Assembly: GCF_009834535.1 (NCBI RefSeq)
Contig: NC_045697.1
Location: 28,894,001 to 28,958,000, forward strand
DNA: 64,000 nt
Source: Camelus ferus
Lineage: Eukaryota
Reading direction: 5' to 3'
Made by a program: the position numbers and the translations under genes. Numbering within the stretch: position 1 is the first letter of the stretch; each line of letters opens with the position of its first letter. Below, one piece after another: positions 11,919 through 24,810 of the stretch. Under the pieces are notes generated by a model. The model was not told the DNA's origin. It made no database searches and saw only the letters and a program-made list of their open reading frames with translations.

Positions 11919-14900
11919 AATAAACGTCCTTGATTTAAAAGTGTGAAGGTTTGTAGGTTAAAATTAGTTTTATTTGCAGTAGTCAATTTTACAGTAAACC
12001 TGTTTTATTAGAAATAATGTCCAATTATAAAACAGAAAAACATAATGTTTTTCAAAACTCAAGAGAAGTTTAATTTTTTACTGAATCAAATGCCAAATTT
12101 GTCTGTTACAAATAACTAAAGAGAATTTTTATTGATTACACAGTATCTAAGAAAATTATCAGCTGCAGTTTTAAAGTTTGAAATGCTCTGATTCTTTCTC
12201 AGACAAAATGTTACCTTTGTATTAATTGTCGTTTGACATTTAGTGAAGTCTTAAAGACTTCTATGAGAGGTGTTTTAAGTGCTTTGAGGCCTGGTTCATG
12301 CCCTTCAAAGGCTTGTATGAAAAAAAGTAGTAGTAACTGAAGAAAGGAGATCTAACAAAAACACTTGAGTACTTTTTGATTTCAAAAAATACAGAAAAAA
12401 TCATTTTGCCATGTCCTACAGGAAGGAAGACGTGCTGTTGTACTTTCTTCTGCTGTGTATATAATCTTGATCTCTTACCTTTTGTTCCTTTGTTCTGTGT
12501 GTCTGCATTTTCTAGGAGTAAAATTGGGGTCTGAGCTTATATTGCAGTTTTATACCTTTCATAGGCAAAAAAGTTTTCAGAGAAGGAGAAATGGTTAGAT
12601 GCCTACCAACTGTTACTGTCTTCTAGAATTGCTTCAAGTCTCATAGAACTGTCTTCTGTAAGTGGTATTTAAGACGGTACTAAAGAGCTATATTTTATAT
12701 TTGAGGCATGTAATTTCTAAACTGCAGTAAGTCAGAATCCTATTGACTTAAAACAAATATAGAAAACATTTTTTTATATAATCATAAATTCTTACAATTG
12801 AAAAGTTTTTTACCTTTATTTTTAAAAAGAGCCAACTTTCTGAAAGGAAACTTTCATTTACTTCTGGTTTTTGGTGAGCTGAAAAGTCCTGTTAGTATGT
12901 CAGTTACAATTTCCTTACACAAGTTTAACGTGGTAAAGTATAATTTTTCAGGCTAAGACACTGGTTTAAATAAATTGAACTTTGGATGTGGGGGATATTT
13001 TAAACATATATAATTTTAGCAAACAGTTGTGTTGCTTTTTGATAAGCTTAAAAAAGCATTTGGATCAGGAATTACAGGATTCAGCTGTTACTGAAAGAAT
13101 CCTAAATTACAGAATGGTTTCCCAAAAGAACAGACATTTTAATGAAAATAAAACTCAAAAAAAATTTTTATATATCATGAAAGCATGCTTATAGAAGAAG
13201 TGCCACATCATTGAATTTATTCCCACAAAAATAAAAATATATGTTTATTACTTAGAAATAGTGACTGGTATTGAAGTATTCACATTATGTTTATAGTAAT
13301 TTGTTTAAAAAATGCCAGCAATTTGGCACTTTTTTTGTAATGTCTAGAAGAGTTGTATACATTAAAAATAAAGCAGTTCTTTTCAACAACTTATTATAAA
13401 ACTATAGTTTTTAGTTAATGAAATAAAATATTTCTGTGTATAAATTGATATGATTTAAGAAATGTGAATAACAATAGTGAAACCTAGAATTATTCGAGTG
13501 TGTACTGCTGCATACTCATTTTCTATGTTTTTGTCTTTCCTCACCTAGTTAAAAAAAACAGCTTTGAGCACTTCAACTAGACTTATTTCAATATTATTTA
13601 CTATAATTATGATTAATGTGGGAGCAGTCAAAAAGAACAAGAGGTGAGGTATTTTGTGGGCAGAAAGCAAATGAAAGAAGCAGTGCTTTATACTGTATCA
13701 ACTCTTAATTTTATGCTTTTTTTGATGTATCTAGGGTATTCTTTCTTAATCGTCATTCATAAATATAGACAAATTTTGAGTATCATAAGTGTTTTTATGA
13801 AATTGTTGAATACCAAACTGCCTCCGACACCACTACCTGGCAGAGTTTAAGCAACACATAGTTGTGAAAGAAAATTTTATAATTGCTTCCTTCTTCTTTT
13901 ACCCATTTCTAATCATATATGCTGATGGGAAACAGAGTTTGGGGATTATCAGAGTTTTCTCTTCTGCCCATTTCTAAATCTTACAGATCAAAAGTAAACA
14001 CAGGTTTCATGTTTGTACTGGTGTGCTTGTGCTAATACATGATTCATTAAAAATGGCTTTTTGCAGACTTTTTAATATTTTAAAAAGTATAACACTTCTG
14101 TAGTTTGGAAGGTTTTAGTAACAATTATATTCCTTAAGTCGTCTGTTACCAGGATCTACTGGGGGTAAAAAGAGAACTAGTGTGCAAACCGCAGGGGAAG
14201 TGGAGTTGGACCGAGGGGACTCTTAACAGTATTTTCAATCTATTCATTTCCTTACTTCACTGTGAGAAATGGAAGCATATTGTCTTACATTTATTGGCTG
14301 TTCTTATATCTCTATTATTTTCAAGTTGAGGTTTCTTCAATTTATTAGTGTTTCAATACTACTTGCAATTCTATGGCCTTTAAATATAGGACATATTGTA
14401 TACTAGAAATCCTGAGTTATATGTTAAAATGTCTTGTGTATTATAACACATTTTGAGAAGAAAAGCTAAATAATTCTGTTGGATTGTTTCTGATCCTTTT
14501 GATCTTTTTCTTTTTAAATTCAAGTGTGTTTTATGCTTAGAAAAAGAACATGTATAATAGCAAGACTGATTATTTCTGAGCTGGAAATTGGAAACTTTGA
14601 AACTCAGGAAATTGCTCTGACAATGTTTTAACTGCTCTCAACTTAAGAAAAATGACATAATGTATAAAAACACAAAAATAAGGTGTACTATTTTTTCCAA
14701 GTGCTTTTTCTAAGTGCTTTTCCATTGTGCAATGAGGTGAAGTTTGATAATCTTTCTGTGTAGTGGTTAAATATTGCTTAGTTTTATTTACATCGTAAAG
14801 AACACAGATTTAAATGTTTATGTGGCCAAAAAAATTGTCATTTAAATCGTGAAGTAAGTTCATGTAGAATGTATGTTAATGGTGCTTATTTTTAAAGTGT

Positions 14901-15330
14901 AATTCAAGTTTACAGTATTACTCATTGTCTCTGCAGAATTTATTAGAGAAACAAGGCTAGAATACATCTACATCCCTAAAAGCCTTTTATAACTTCACAT
15001 TATATGATGACAAATTTTATTATTTACCTTAAAGTTGAGCAATTGACTTTTATGGTCCAAATGATGAACCCATTATTAACAAGTGATTGAATTAACCATG
15101 AGACTTCTCATTAAAATATATTGCAGCTGTCAGTTGGAGAATATATTATAAAATTTTCAGGCAGTGTATCACAAACAAAATGTTTTTATTTGTACTGTAA
15201 AGAAAATGTAATTTTGCTGTTAACTCTGTACTTTTTTATTGAAAATGTTTTATAAGTTTGCTTTTAAAGTTTCTTATGAAACCATTTGCAAATTACATAC
15301 CTTAATTTAATAAAATACTTTAGTCACTGT
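11919..15330 (+). other. N4BP2: N4BP2 long AU-rich 3'UTR (end approximate)
   Basis: Follows the stop codon. No recognisable interspersed repeats until ~15700. Ends with a TGTA-rich tract and AATAAA at 15309-15314. Confidence 0.7.
15309..15314 (+). terminator. Probable distal polyadenylation signal of N4BP2
   Basis: AATAAA preceded by several UGUA (CFIm) motifs at 15191-15230 and followed by GT-rich sequence. Confidence 0.65.
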
Positions 15331-16149
15331 CCAGTGTGAGGATATCCTTCATTTGATGTGGTAGAGTTAGTGGCTTAAATATGAACGTATATTTTTATGT
15401 GAAACTTTCTAATTTCGAGGGAAAAGGGTCATAAAAATTTCATTTTTCTCCACAACTTTTATTCTAGTTTAAATTATTTTGCTGTAGCAAATAGAGGTTT
15501 ACGTTGGAACCAGATAAATGGATTAACTAGGTTTAGCTCTTCACACCCTTGCATTTTTTAACTGTCAGAAGTAAGAATTGTGTCCCTGAAGGATTTAAGT
15601 AGTATTTTAATTAATATTAAAGACCTTTGAACTTTAGTCAGTTCCAAAGTAGAATAATTTACTTTTTCAAGAAAGACTTAAAATATTTATTCAGAAAATG
15701 TTTATTCAACACTTGTTACTAGGGATACAGAATGAGACAGAGCTTCTATCCACAGGTGTCTTATAATTACTCTCATCAGCTATTTTGTGTATAGTGATTT
15801 ATACTGTGGAATATTTTCATATACATTATTTTAAGATTCAGGAGAATCTTATTACCTAAGTGTCTAACAGAGACTTAGACTGATTTGCCTAGTTAGTGAC
15901 ACAGGTAAGACTTCAACCTAGGTTCTCTGACTCCTAGTATAGAGCGACTGCGTCTGTCATAAGAGTAAGAATAATTACTGAAAAAGCTCTAATACCCTGT
16001 TATCCCCAGTGGAGAGAGATGTGGCTCCACAGTATATGTCTGTGAAAGTCTCAGTTATAAACCTGTCTTCCTCCTTTATCCAAGGGAAGCTGGTATTACG
16101 GGTTTTCCCACTGGCAAAGATGAAAGTTTCTTTCTCTCTTAATCTAAAA

Positions 16150-16566
16150 TTCCAGAGATACAGAGTCCAGGACTGATGGACGTGCTCATTTCCATGGAGT
16201 TTTTTGGGATCTAGGATCCTTTTAGCTCACCACTCTACCATATCCAAGATGTGGCCCTCATTTTCCTAAAGCAGGGTGGGTGGTTGCAGCTCCAATCTTC
16301 ATAAGTACATTCTGTTGGAGAAGGACAAAGACAGGAGCAATGGGCACGTGCCAAGGATCTTTTATAGAAAAATTATGGAAGCTGCCAAAGGACACTTCCA
16401 CTTACATCTTATTGGCCAGAACTTAGTCACATGGTCACATCTAGCTGCAAGAGTGGCTGGGAAATTGTCTTTATTTCAGACTGCCATATCATCAGCTAAA
16501 CTTTGGGCATTCTCTTGGAGGAAAGAGAATGGATGTTAGGGAAATGAATAGCAGTCTCTGCTACAT
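16150..16566. mobile_element. MLT1 (MaLR) LTR, old subfamily
   Basis: cattggccagaacttagtcacatggtcacatctagctgcaagagtggctgggaaa...gcagtctctgctaca. Confidence 0.75.
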
Positions 16567-17224
16567 CATTTTTGATCACTGAATGCAGATTATATGAAAA
16601 TTAGTTTTTATACGTTTATTCAACAGATCTTTGTTGATGACTGCTATGTACTAGGAATAATAAAAAGAAAATCACAGTTGTATGTGTTTTTACTTAAATA
16701 TTCAAGTAATATCAGTAACCTACATGGCTAATGGAATGGGCTTCACTTGATGACTTAACTGCTAATTGGATCACTTTTGATCTAATAACTCAGTTTTGGC
16801 ACCTAGATTAAGTAAGTTATTTCTAGTGATACTGCTTAGCTAATATATTTGCATAGTGACGTTTCTGTTTTCTTTAATTAAACATTTATTAATCACATTC
16901 ATTAATAAAAAAGCTTAGTACTTGGTACAAGTGATTTAAAGCTAAGTAAACTGGAGTAGGGAGATGTAAATATGTATATGTATTAAGAACTAGATGCTGT
17001 TTATAAAGAACTGTGGAAACACCGGGGAGAATAAGCAACTTCAGGGGGGAGGAGGTAAATTTGAATTTTTCTCTCGATTGAAATTTTTTATATGATTTTT
17101 TTGTAGGGAAAAGATTAAACACTGCAAATTTATGGCTTTTGTATATGTATAACCATACAGTTGCACCTTTCATAGGTTGTGGAGCACTCTTCTGGGTAAT
17201 CTTGCTTTGAATTTAAAGTTTGTG

Positions 17225-18830
17225 AGCCATGTAAGATGGGGGTCCAGTTTAATTCGTCTGCATGTGAATATCCAGTTTTCCCAACACCATTTATTGAGGA
17301 GAGTATTCTTTTCCCCTTGAGTATTCTTGGCTCTCTTGTCAGATATAGTAGGTTTGTTTTGGGGCTCTCTCTTTTGTTCCATTGATCCCTGTGTCTGTGT
17401 TTATGATTACTGTAGCTTTGTAATATAGTTTGAAATCAGGAAGTGTGATGCCTCCAGCCTTGTTCTTCCTCAAGATTGCTTTGGCCATTCAGGGTCTTTT
17501 GTGGTTCCATGCAAACTTTAGGATTGTTTATTCTATTTCTGTGAAAAATGCCATTGGAATTTTGATAGGAATTGCATTGAATCTATAAATGGATTTAGAT
17601 CGTATGGGCATTTTAATGTTAACTGTTCTGACCCATGAACATGAGATAATCTTTTTGTTTATTTGTGTCTTCAGTTTTCTTCATCAACATCTTACAGTTT
17701 TCAGTGTACATATCTTTCACTTCCTTGGTTCAGTTTATTTGTAAGTATTTTATTGTTTTTGATGCTATTGTAAATGGGGTTATTTCCTTTTTTCTTTGTC
17801 AGATAGTTCATTATTAGTGTATAGAAACACAACTGCATTTCATATGTTGATTTTGTATCCTGGGACTTTATCGATGTGTTTATTAGTTCTAACAGTTTTT
17901 GGTGAAATCTTTAGGATTTTCTATATAAGATCACATCATTTGCAGACAGACAGTTTAACTTCTTTCTTTCTGATTTGGATGCCTTTTATTTCTTTTTCTT
18001 GCATAATTGCTCTGACTAAGACTTCCTGTACTGTGTTGAATAGGAGTAGTGAGGGTGGGCACCCTTGTCTTGATCTTGATCATAGAGGAAAAGCTTTCAG
18101 TCTTTTACCATTGAGTATAATGTTAGCTGTGGGTTTGTCATATACGGCTTTTAGTATGTTGAGGAATGCTCCTTCTATACCCATTTTGTTGAGTGTTCTT
18201 ATCATGAAAGAATGTTGAATTTTGTCTAACACTGCATCTATTGAGGTGATCAAATGATTTTTTCATTTCATTCTGTTAATTTGGCTTATCACATTTATTG
18301 ATTTATGTATGTTAAATCATCTTTGCATCCCAGGGATAAATCCCACTTGATCGTGGTGTGTGGTCTTTTTAACACACTGTTGAATTCAGTTTGGTAGTAT
18401 TTTGTTGGGAATTTTTCATCTATATTCATCAGGGTATTAGTCCGTAGTTTTTTGTTTTTTTGTTTTTTTTCTCATATTTTTTTCTGGCTTTGGTATCAGA
18501 GTAATGCTGGTCTCATAAAATGAGTTTGGGAGTTCCCTCCTCTTCAATTTTTTGGAAGAATTTGAGAAGAACTGGTGTTAATTCATTAAATATTTAGTAG
18601 AATTCAGCCATGAAACTCTCTGGTCCTGGAGTTTTCTTTGTTGGGAAGTTTTTGATTACTGATTCAGTCTCTTTACTTATTGGTCTATTTAGATGTTCTA
18701 TTTCTTTGTGATTCAGACTCGGTAGGTTGTACATTTCTAGGAATTTATCAATTTCTTTTAGGTTGCAGTTTATCCGTTTCTTTTTGTTGGCATAGAATTG
18801 TTCATAGTAGTCTCTTATCTTTTGTATTTG
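17225..18830 (-). mobile_element. L1 ORF2 internal fragment including the reverse transcriptase domain (disabled)
   Basis: Minus-strand peptides IRDYYEQFYANK..NLKEIDKFLEMYNLPSLN..PTKKTPGPE, HDQVGFIPGMQ, RQGCP and NKWCWENWIFTCRRIKLDPHLT, with stops and frameshifts. Confidence 0.93.
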
Positions 18831-19199
18831 CAAGGAATGTTGCCTTGGCAGAGCAAGAGACCAAAAGAAAAAAAAAGAAAGAAAAAATCTTAAAACACTT
18901 ATAACCAATACTGTCCCTCACAGATTAGCAGCCCAAAGTCACATGACCTCTGTAGTACAAAAAACTTCAATGAATTGCGTTTGAAGAGGTCCCAGCCTTA
19001 GTTGCCTGGCAGAGGCAAATGCAGATCTTTTCAGGAAGAATATGCCTTCATCTTGGAGGATTAAAAACAATTTTTTTTTCACAAATAATTTCCAAGGAAA
19101 TCAAGCAGTTTACAATAAAAAAATAAGCAAGCATACAAGGAACTAATTCACCCAAGAATAGTAACTATTAGAGACAAAAGAGCAGATAGGTTAAAACAG

Positions 19200-20670
19200 C
19201 CCTGTAAAGATATATCCTATGTTCTTAACTACCATATATGCAAAAATCCTAACAAAATATTAGAAAGACAAATTCAGTGATATATCACAACTACGTGGAT
19301 TTTTCAGGAATACAAGGATATAATTTGCCATATTAACATAAGGGAAGAAAAAAGGGAAAAAAATCATTAACTTCCTAGATATGGAAACAGTGTTTGATAA
19401 AATTCAGCACCTATCCTATAAAAATATTTTGGATAATTAGGAATAGACAGGAACTACTTCCATCTGATAAAAAATATTTATTTACAAAGCACAAGTATAC
19501 TTAAAGGTAAAATGCTGAAATCTTTCCTCCTGAGATTGGAAACTGGATCTATATGAATTAAAATCAAACTGGCTTCCTACCTAACAGTAAACATAGGTGG
19601 GCTCCAGAAGAATTCTGATACATTTGTGACAGGTAAAGCTATAAAATTAAGTGTATGTGGCATCAACTTTAGAAATCAGTTTATTATTTCTGAAATCAAG
19701 ATGAATCTTACCATAGATTATTTTTTACAATTGCCATTGGCCATTCTTTTCCACAGTTAAACATCTCTGAAATCAGTGTGCATCTTTACATATGGCATCT
19801 GAGATTTCATTAAATATCATATACAGTTTTGGAAAACATTTTTGTGATGTAGGGATGGGGAGGAACTTAAAACCCCAGAAATGAAAGCCATAGGCAAATT
19901 TGATGCATTTGATAACAAAATTAAGGTTTCCTGCCCAATGAAGAACATCATGAGTGACAGCAGAAAATATTTGCAATGTCTGAATGACAAAGGACTAATT
20001 TCTAAGTATAAGAAGAACTTCTGTGAAAATGGAAAATGAGTCAAAGAATATAAGGCCATTTACAGAATGGGAGGCTAAAAGCTAATAAGCCAATAAACAG
20101 GTGCTCAAATTTATTCCTAAAAAGAGAAATACAATTAAAGTAAAAATGAAATATTCTCATATGTGTTAGTCTGGCAAAATGGGAACCCGGATAATGCTAC
20201 TCATTACTCTCATGCACTACTGATGGGAGCGCAGACTTGTGAGAGGCCTGGAGAGCGTTCTAGTAGTGCTTAGTTAGGTTCAGATGTTTATGTAGCTAGT
20301 CACACAGCAACCATACTGCTGGGTATATCCAAAGGAATTTCCAGACAGGGTCGCAGGGATGCAGGAAACTGGAGGTACTTGGGTCTTCATCACTTAGGGA
20401 ATGTGAAGCTGGTGGATACTACACTATTGAGTGCTGTGAAGGAGTTAGAGGCAATGGGCGTGATGGACACACAGCAACGTAGATAAAAACAGTGAATGTG
20501 AAAAAAAGATACACAGCACAATTCTATTTATGTGAATTAAAAATACATGCACACAAAACAACAATGCATGCTTTACAAAAACAGATACACATGAAAAATA
20601 CAGAGTTTTCTGGGGGTAGGGAAAGGGTATGGAAATGAGGAAGGCAGCAAGAAAGGAATAAATCAATAAA
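19200..20670 (+). mobile_element. Ancient L1M ORF2/3' fragments
   Basis: tatgcaaaaatcctaacaaaatattag, tttgataaaattcagcacc and gacaaaggactaatttcta remnants. Confidence 0.65.
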
Positions 20671-22019
20671 TTGTAGGGTCCTTACATTGACCAAAGTTGA
20701 TAGTGTGCCATGAAGTAGGGAGAATGGCTAACAACCCTCTGCTGTGAAGTCCACTGAGTAAAATAATTTGGTGGTCCAGGGCTCAGGGGAGGCCAAAGTC
20801 TGCTTGTTTCTAGGAACTGATGCCTAGACATGTTTTAGTTTGGTTTGGGTTCAATTTGCCCAACTGGCTAATGCTAATGCTAAAACTGGGTGGTAGAGCC
20901 AATGATTACAAGCTGAGATCTCTTTCTGAAAAAGTACCAAGAATTGTTCTTGTTCCCTGAACTGAACCCTGACTAATAATAGAATGAGGTTGCTAAAACT
21001 TCTTGGCCAGGTTAGTAAAGTGAAATAAAATAGAGGTTATCTAGGATCTTAAGCTATTTAAATCTTACTGAAAACATCATGCTCCCGAGAGACAAAACAG
21101 TAAAGTGTGTCTTGGGAGACCTGTGTTTGGCTGTAACAGTCAGCAATGAAAGCAGATTTTGGGATTTAGTTACACATGTTATAATTTTGACCAAGAAAGT
21201 TATGGAAGCCATTATCCAAATAGCCTTTGGGAGATTTCCTACCCTCAGCTTTATATAAGCTAAAATCAACAGTTTAGGAAGTCTAGGAAGTTTAGACTTA
21301 ACAGTTTATCAAGAGAAAAGCAAGATACGTTTTACCTGGACCATTATGGAAGCTAATGAACTGGCTTCTCTTTTGGTGATGCTACCTCTTTAGAGCACAG
21401 TTAATTTAAAAGATCAATTAAATAATATGTTAGGAAAGATTTCTGCCCCTGATGTCCAAATGATGGGTCAGTTTGTTTATCCCCATTAACTCTATAGTTG
21501 TGGTCCCATCTGATTGAATGCAGAATATTACGCTTTTTTTTTTTTTTTGGTGGCTTCTGTTATCCCAGAAAGATACCTAGTACATAGAATCAGATGCTCA
21601 AAAATCAGTGAAAATCACCACATATTGCCCAAAATAAAACCAAATTGAACCTAAATCTGATCAAACCTATAGATTCAACACCCAATTCCTAAGAATTACA
21701 GAGGGCACAGGAATATGTTAACACCATAGGATGCCACTACCGAAATATAGACTATGAGAAACTCTAACATTTCCTTCAAATAAATTACAATGGGGAAAAA
21801 AAAAACCCACAAATGGAAAGGGAACCTATAATTAAGACTTAAGAGGCATATTAGCCAGTTGCAATTTGTGGCCCTTATTTCGGTTGCGGGTTCAGCAAAA
21901 AAAACTATAAAAAATTTATGACAATAACAAGACAACTAGCAATGTGACCATTGTTTAGGTACTTAATAATCTTAAATAACTTTATATTTTTCCTTTCTAT
22001 TAGAGAGGATGATATTATG

Positions 22020-22920
22020 GTTGTATAGGAAAACCCAGTCTTTCCTCCTGTGTGTTTCTTTTCCGTGTGTCTCCCTTACTATTCACACAGAACACTTCAC
22101 TTCTGGGCACCAAATGTGTGGAGGTTTTCCCCCACACCAAACAATTGTTTGTGACATGAGTGGGTTTTCTACAATCAACTCAATTCTGACACTATCTATC
22201 CAGAGAGAGAATCAGATTCCACAGGTTAAGGGCTCAGTCTCCCAAGACTAGCCCCCTGCCCTACTTCAGATGACAGTTGAAAGTACTAGGTCCCCAGGTT
22301 ACCCACAACTTCTGTCTGACCTGGCTACAAATTAGAGGTTCCCATGACCCCCTCCTCAGTTTCATTTATGTTGCTGGAGTGGGTCACTGAACTCAGGGAA
22401 ACACTTCATTATATTTACCAGGTTGTTAAAGGATGTGATAAAAGATACAGATAAACAGCCAGATGAAATACATAGAGGAAGGGTCCTGAGCTCAAGAGAC
22501 TCTGTCCCTGAGGAGTTGGGGTGTATCACCCTCCTGGCGTGGATGTGTTCACCCACCTGGGAGTTCTTCAGACCCCTCAGGATTTTAGGGAGGCTCCCTC
22601 ATGTAGGCATGATCAATTATGAACTCCATTTTCCTCCCCTCTCCCCTCTCTGGTGGATGAGGGACTGAAAATTCCAAGCTTCTAATCATGACTTGGTCTT
22701 TCTAGTGACCAGCCCTCATCCAGGAGCCCACTCAGAGTCACCTCCGTAGAATAAGATTCTCCTAGTGCTCTTATTGCTTAGGAATTTATAGAGGCTTTAG
22801 GAGCCCTGTGTCAGCAACCGAGTGACAGACAAATATTAGACTAAAAGGTGCTCCTTGTGTTCTTATTACTTAGGGGATTACAAGGGTTTCAAGAGCTCTC
22901 TGCCAGAAATCAGGGGCAAG
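22020..22920 (-). mobile_element. MER21-like LTR
   Basis: caattctgacactatcta...ccacaggttaagggctcagtc...caagact and ttaggagccctgtgtcagcaacc motifs. Confidence 0.75.
22759..22920. repeat. Diverged direct repeat, ~92-bp period, inside the MER21-like LTR
   Basis: ctcctagtgctcttattgcttagga...gagccctgtgtcagcaa (22759) versus ctccttgtgttcttattacttaggg...gagctctctgccagaaa (22851). Confidence 0.8.
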
Positions 22921-24345
22921 TGCTTTTTCTCCAGCAAGTCTGAGGAGTCAGGGAGGAGAAATAGAGACATCAGTTGGATTAAGTAGGGTTAGTGGTTTGC
23001 AGGCAGGATGGTACAGTAGGGGGTCAATGTGGGAAGGAAGGAATTTAGGGTGCTGTATGTGAAGTTGAAATGGCTGTGATTCAGACTGAGTCAAGTGGCA
23101 CCCAGTAGGGGCTGGTAGACTGAGGAAATGGAGATGAATAGTAAGGTAAAGAATAGTTTCAGAACAGTGAGGGAGAGGGAAAGTGGAAGGAGGTTGCAGG
23201 TAGGGAGAGAATTTCACAGTGTAAGATATTAGGGATGCAGATATTTGTTCCCAACAGAGTTTGATTTGTGGCTGAGCATGGAGATGATGATTTTCAGAGT
23301 GCAGAAGGCCGACATTTCTGGATCATCCACTTTATGTACCTACTGCCCAGGAAGCTGACAGGCAATGGAGTGTAGGGGAAGATGGAAAGCCAGGCTGCTG
23401 AATATATGCATGGATTAAAAAATGTTTTCTTTATTTGCATGCTCTCCATCCTTCACATGATAGGATCTGACTCAACACAGCCCCACTTTGAGGAAGGATT
23501 TATAAGGATAGTTCTGCTTTAATGTGCTGTTTTGCACTGACTAGAGAGATGAGATGGATGGGGTCATCGGGAGGAGCTGAGAGGACTGTGGTAAATGCAC
23601 AGTTTCTTGGTGTCTCAGAAATAATTCTTTGCAGTGGGATTTCACTGTTACGTTTGAAGTCACTCTTTTCTGTTCATTTTTCCATTTGAATATACAAAAA
23701 CCAATGAAATATACTTTAAAAATCACCCACTATTTTGGATTTTCTCAGTTTCCCTGTTCATATCAGTTTAATTGAGAATTAATGACACTCTCTTGAATTT
23801 CTTTGCTAACACTCTAAAGCAGGTGGAGCTGTATAGTTAAGAAGTGCCCACTGTCTTTTTAAGCCCTGGGCTAAATTTTTCTTTACAGTGTTCTGTCTTC
23901 TCTTAGGTAAAATTCACTTTTTCCCTTTAAAAATAATGTCTGGCATTTGGTTACTTAGGAATCTATTTTTAAAACACTGTATTAACTTTTTAATCACACT
24001 CATGAAGTGAAATTATTCTAGAATTTCTGAATATAGTTTCTCCTTTGGCCCTTATATTTCTTGGTTCCTGTCCTTGGAGTCGTTTTAATAGTTTTAGGTC
24101 CTGTACCTGTGATTTCACTGTAAACTAACTCAGATCTTTTTGGGAAGCAGGCTGTATATAGATAAATAAATCTGTATGTTTAAGGGAAAAAGAAGCAAGA
24201 TACAAAAGGGTACTTACAGTATGATCCCATTCATGTTTTTTTAAAAAAGGTGTATGTAGATAAATCCACTTATATACTATACATCTCTTTCTATGTGTGC
24301 ACATGTGCACACACACACACAGGAATGCAAACCCACACATGGAGA

Positions 24346-24810
24346 TGAGACAGGAGGGAAGGGGGCAGGGCACAACCAGTAACGAATGACACAGCAATTA
24401 GCACCAAGACGGCGGGAGATTTGACTTCCAGTTGACCTTGAGCTTCATTACACCCTCATTGTAATACATTAGCATGGTAAATGACTCACCCGCAGGTGCC
24501 ACGACAGTTCCGAGGCTGGCCATAAAAGGTCAAAAAGTAGGTGATGGCTAAATTCCTTGGACTCCTTCCCCAAAATAGCTGGAATAATCCTCCCACTTGT
24601 TAGCATAGGAAGTTACCAAGCCTGTAAAAACTAACAACCCAGCACGTCATGGTGACTCTCTCTTGCCTTCTGAAACAGCTCGCACTGTGTGTGTGGAGTA
24701 TGTACCTTTCTGAATGAATCCACTTTTACTTAACTATGACTGGCTCTTGAGTTCTTTCCCGTGCAGAGCCAAGGACCCTCACTTGATGGGGTGTGTTTCC
24801 CTCCCTGTAG
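24346..24810 (+). mobile_element. MER41-like ERV1 solo LTR (artiodactyl type), inside an old L1 3' end
   Basis: Starts TGAGACAGGAGGGAAGGGGGCAGGGCACAACC. Contains ccaagacggcgg, cattagcatggtaaatgactcaccc..gccacgacagtt and cttgagttctttcccgtgcagagccaaggaccc. The 3' boundary is uncertain. Confidence 0.75.

Noticed and set aside
17796..18218. 140-aa hydrophobic ORF resembling a membrane protein
   Set aside because: It is the antisense reading of A-rich L1 ORF2.
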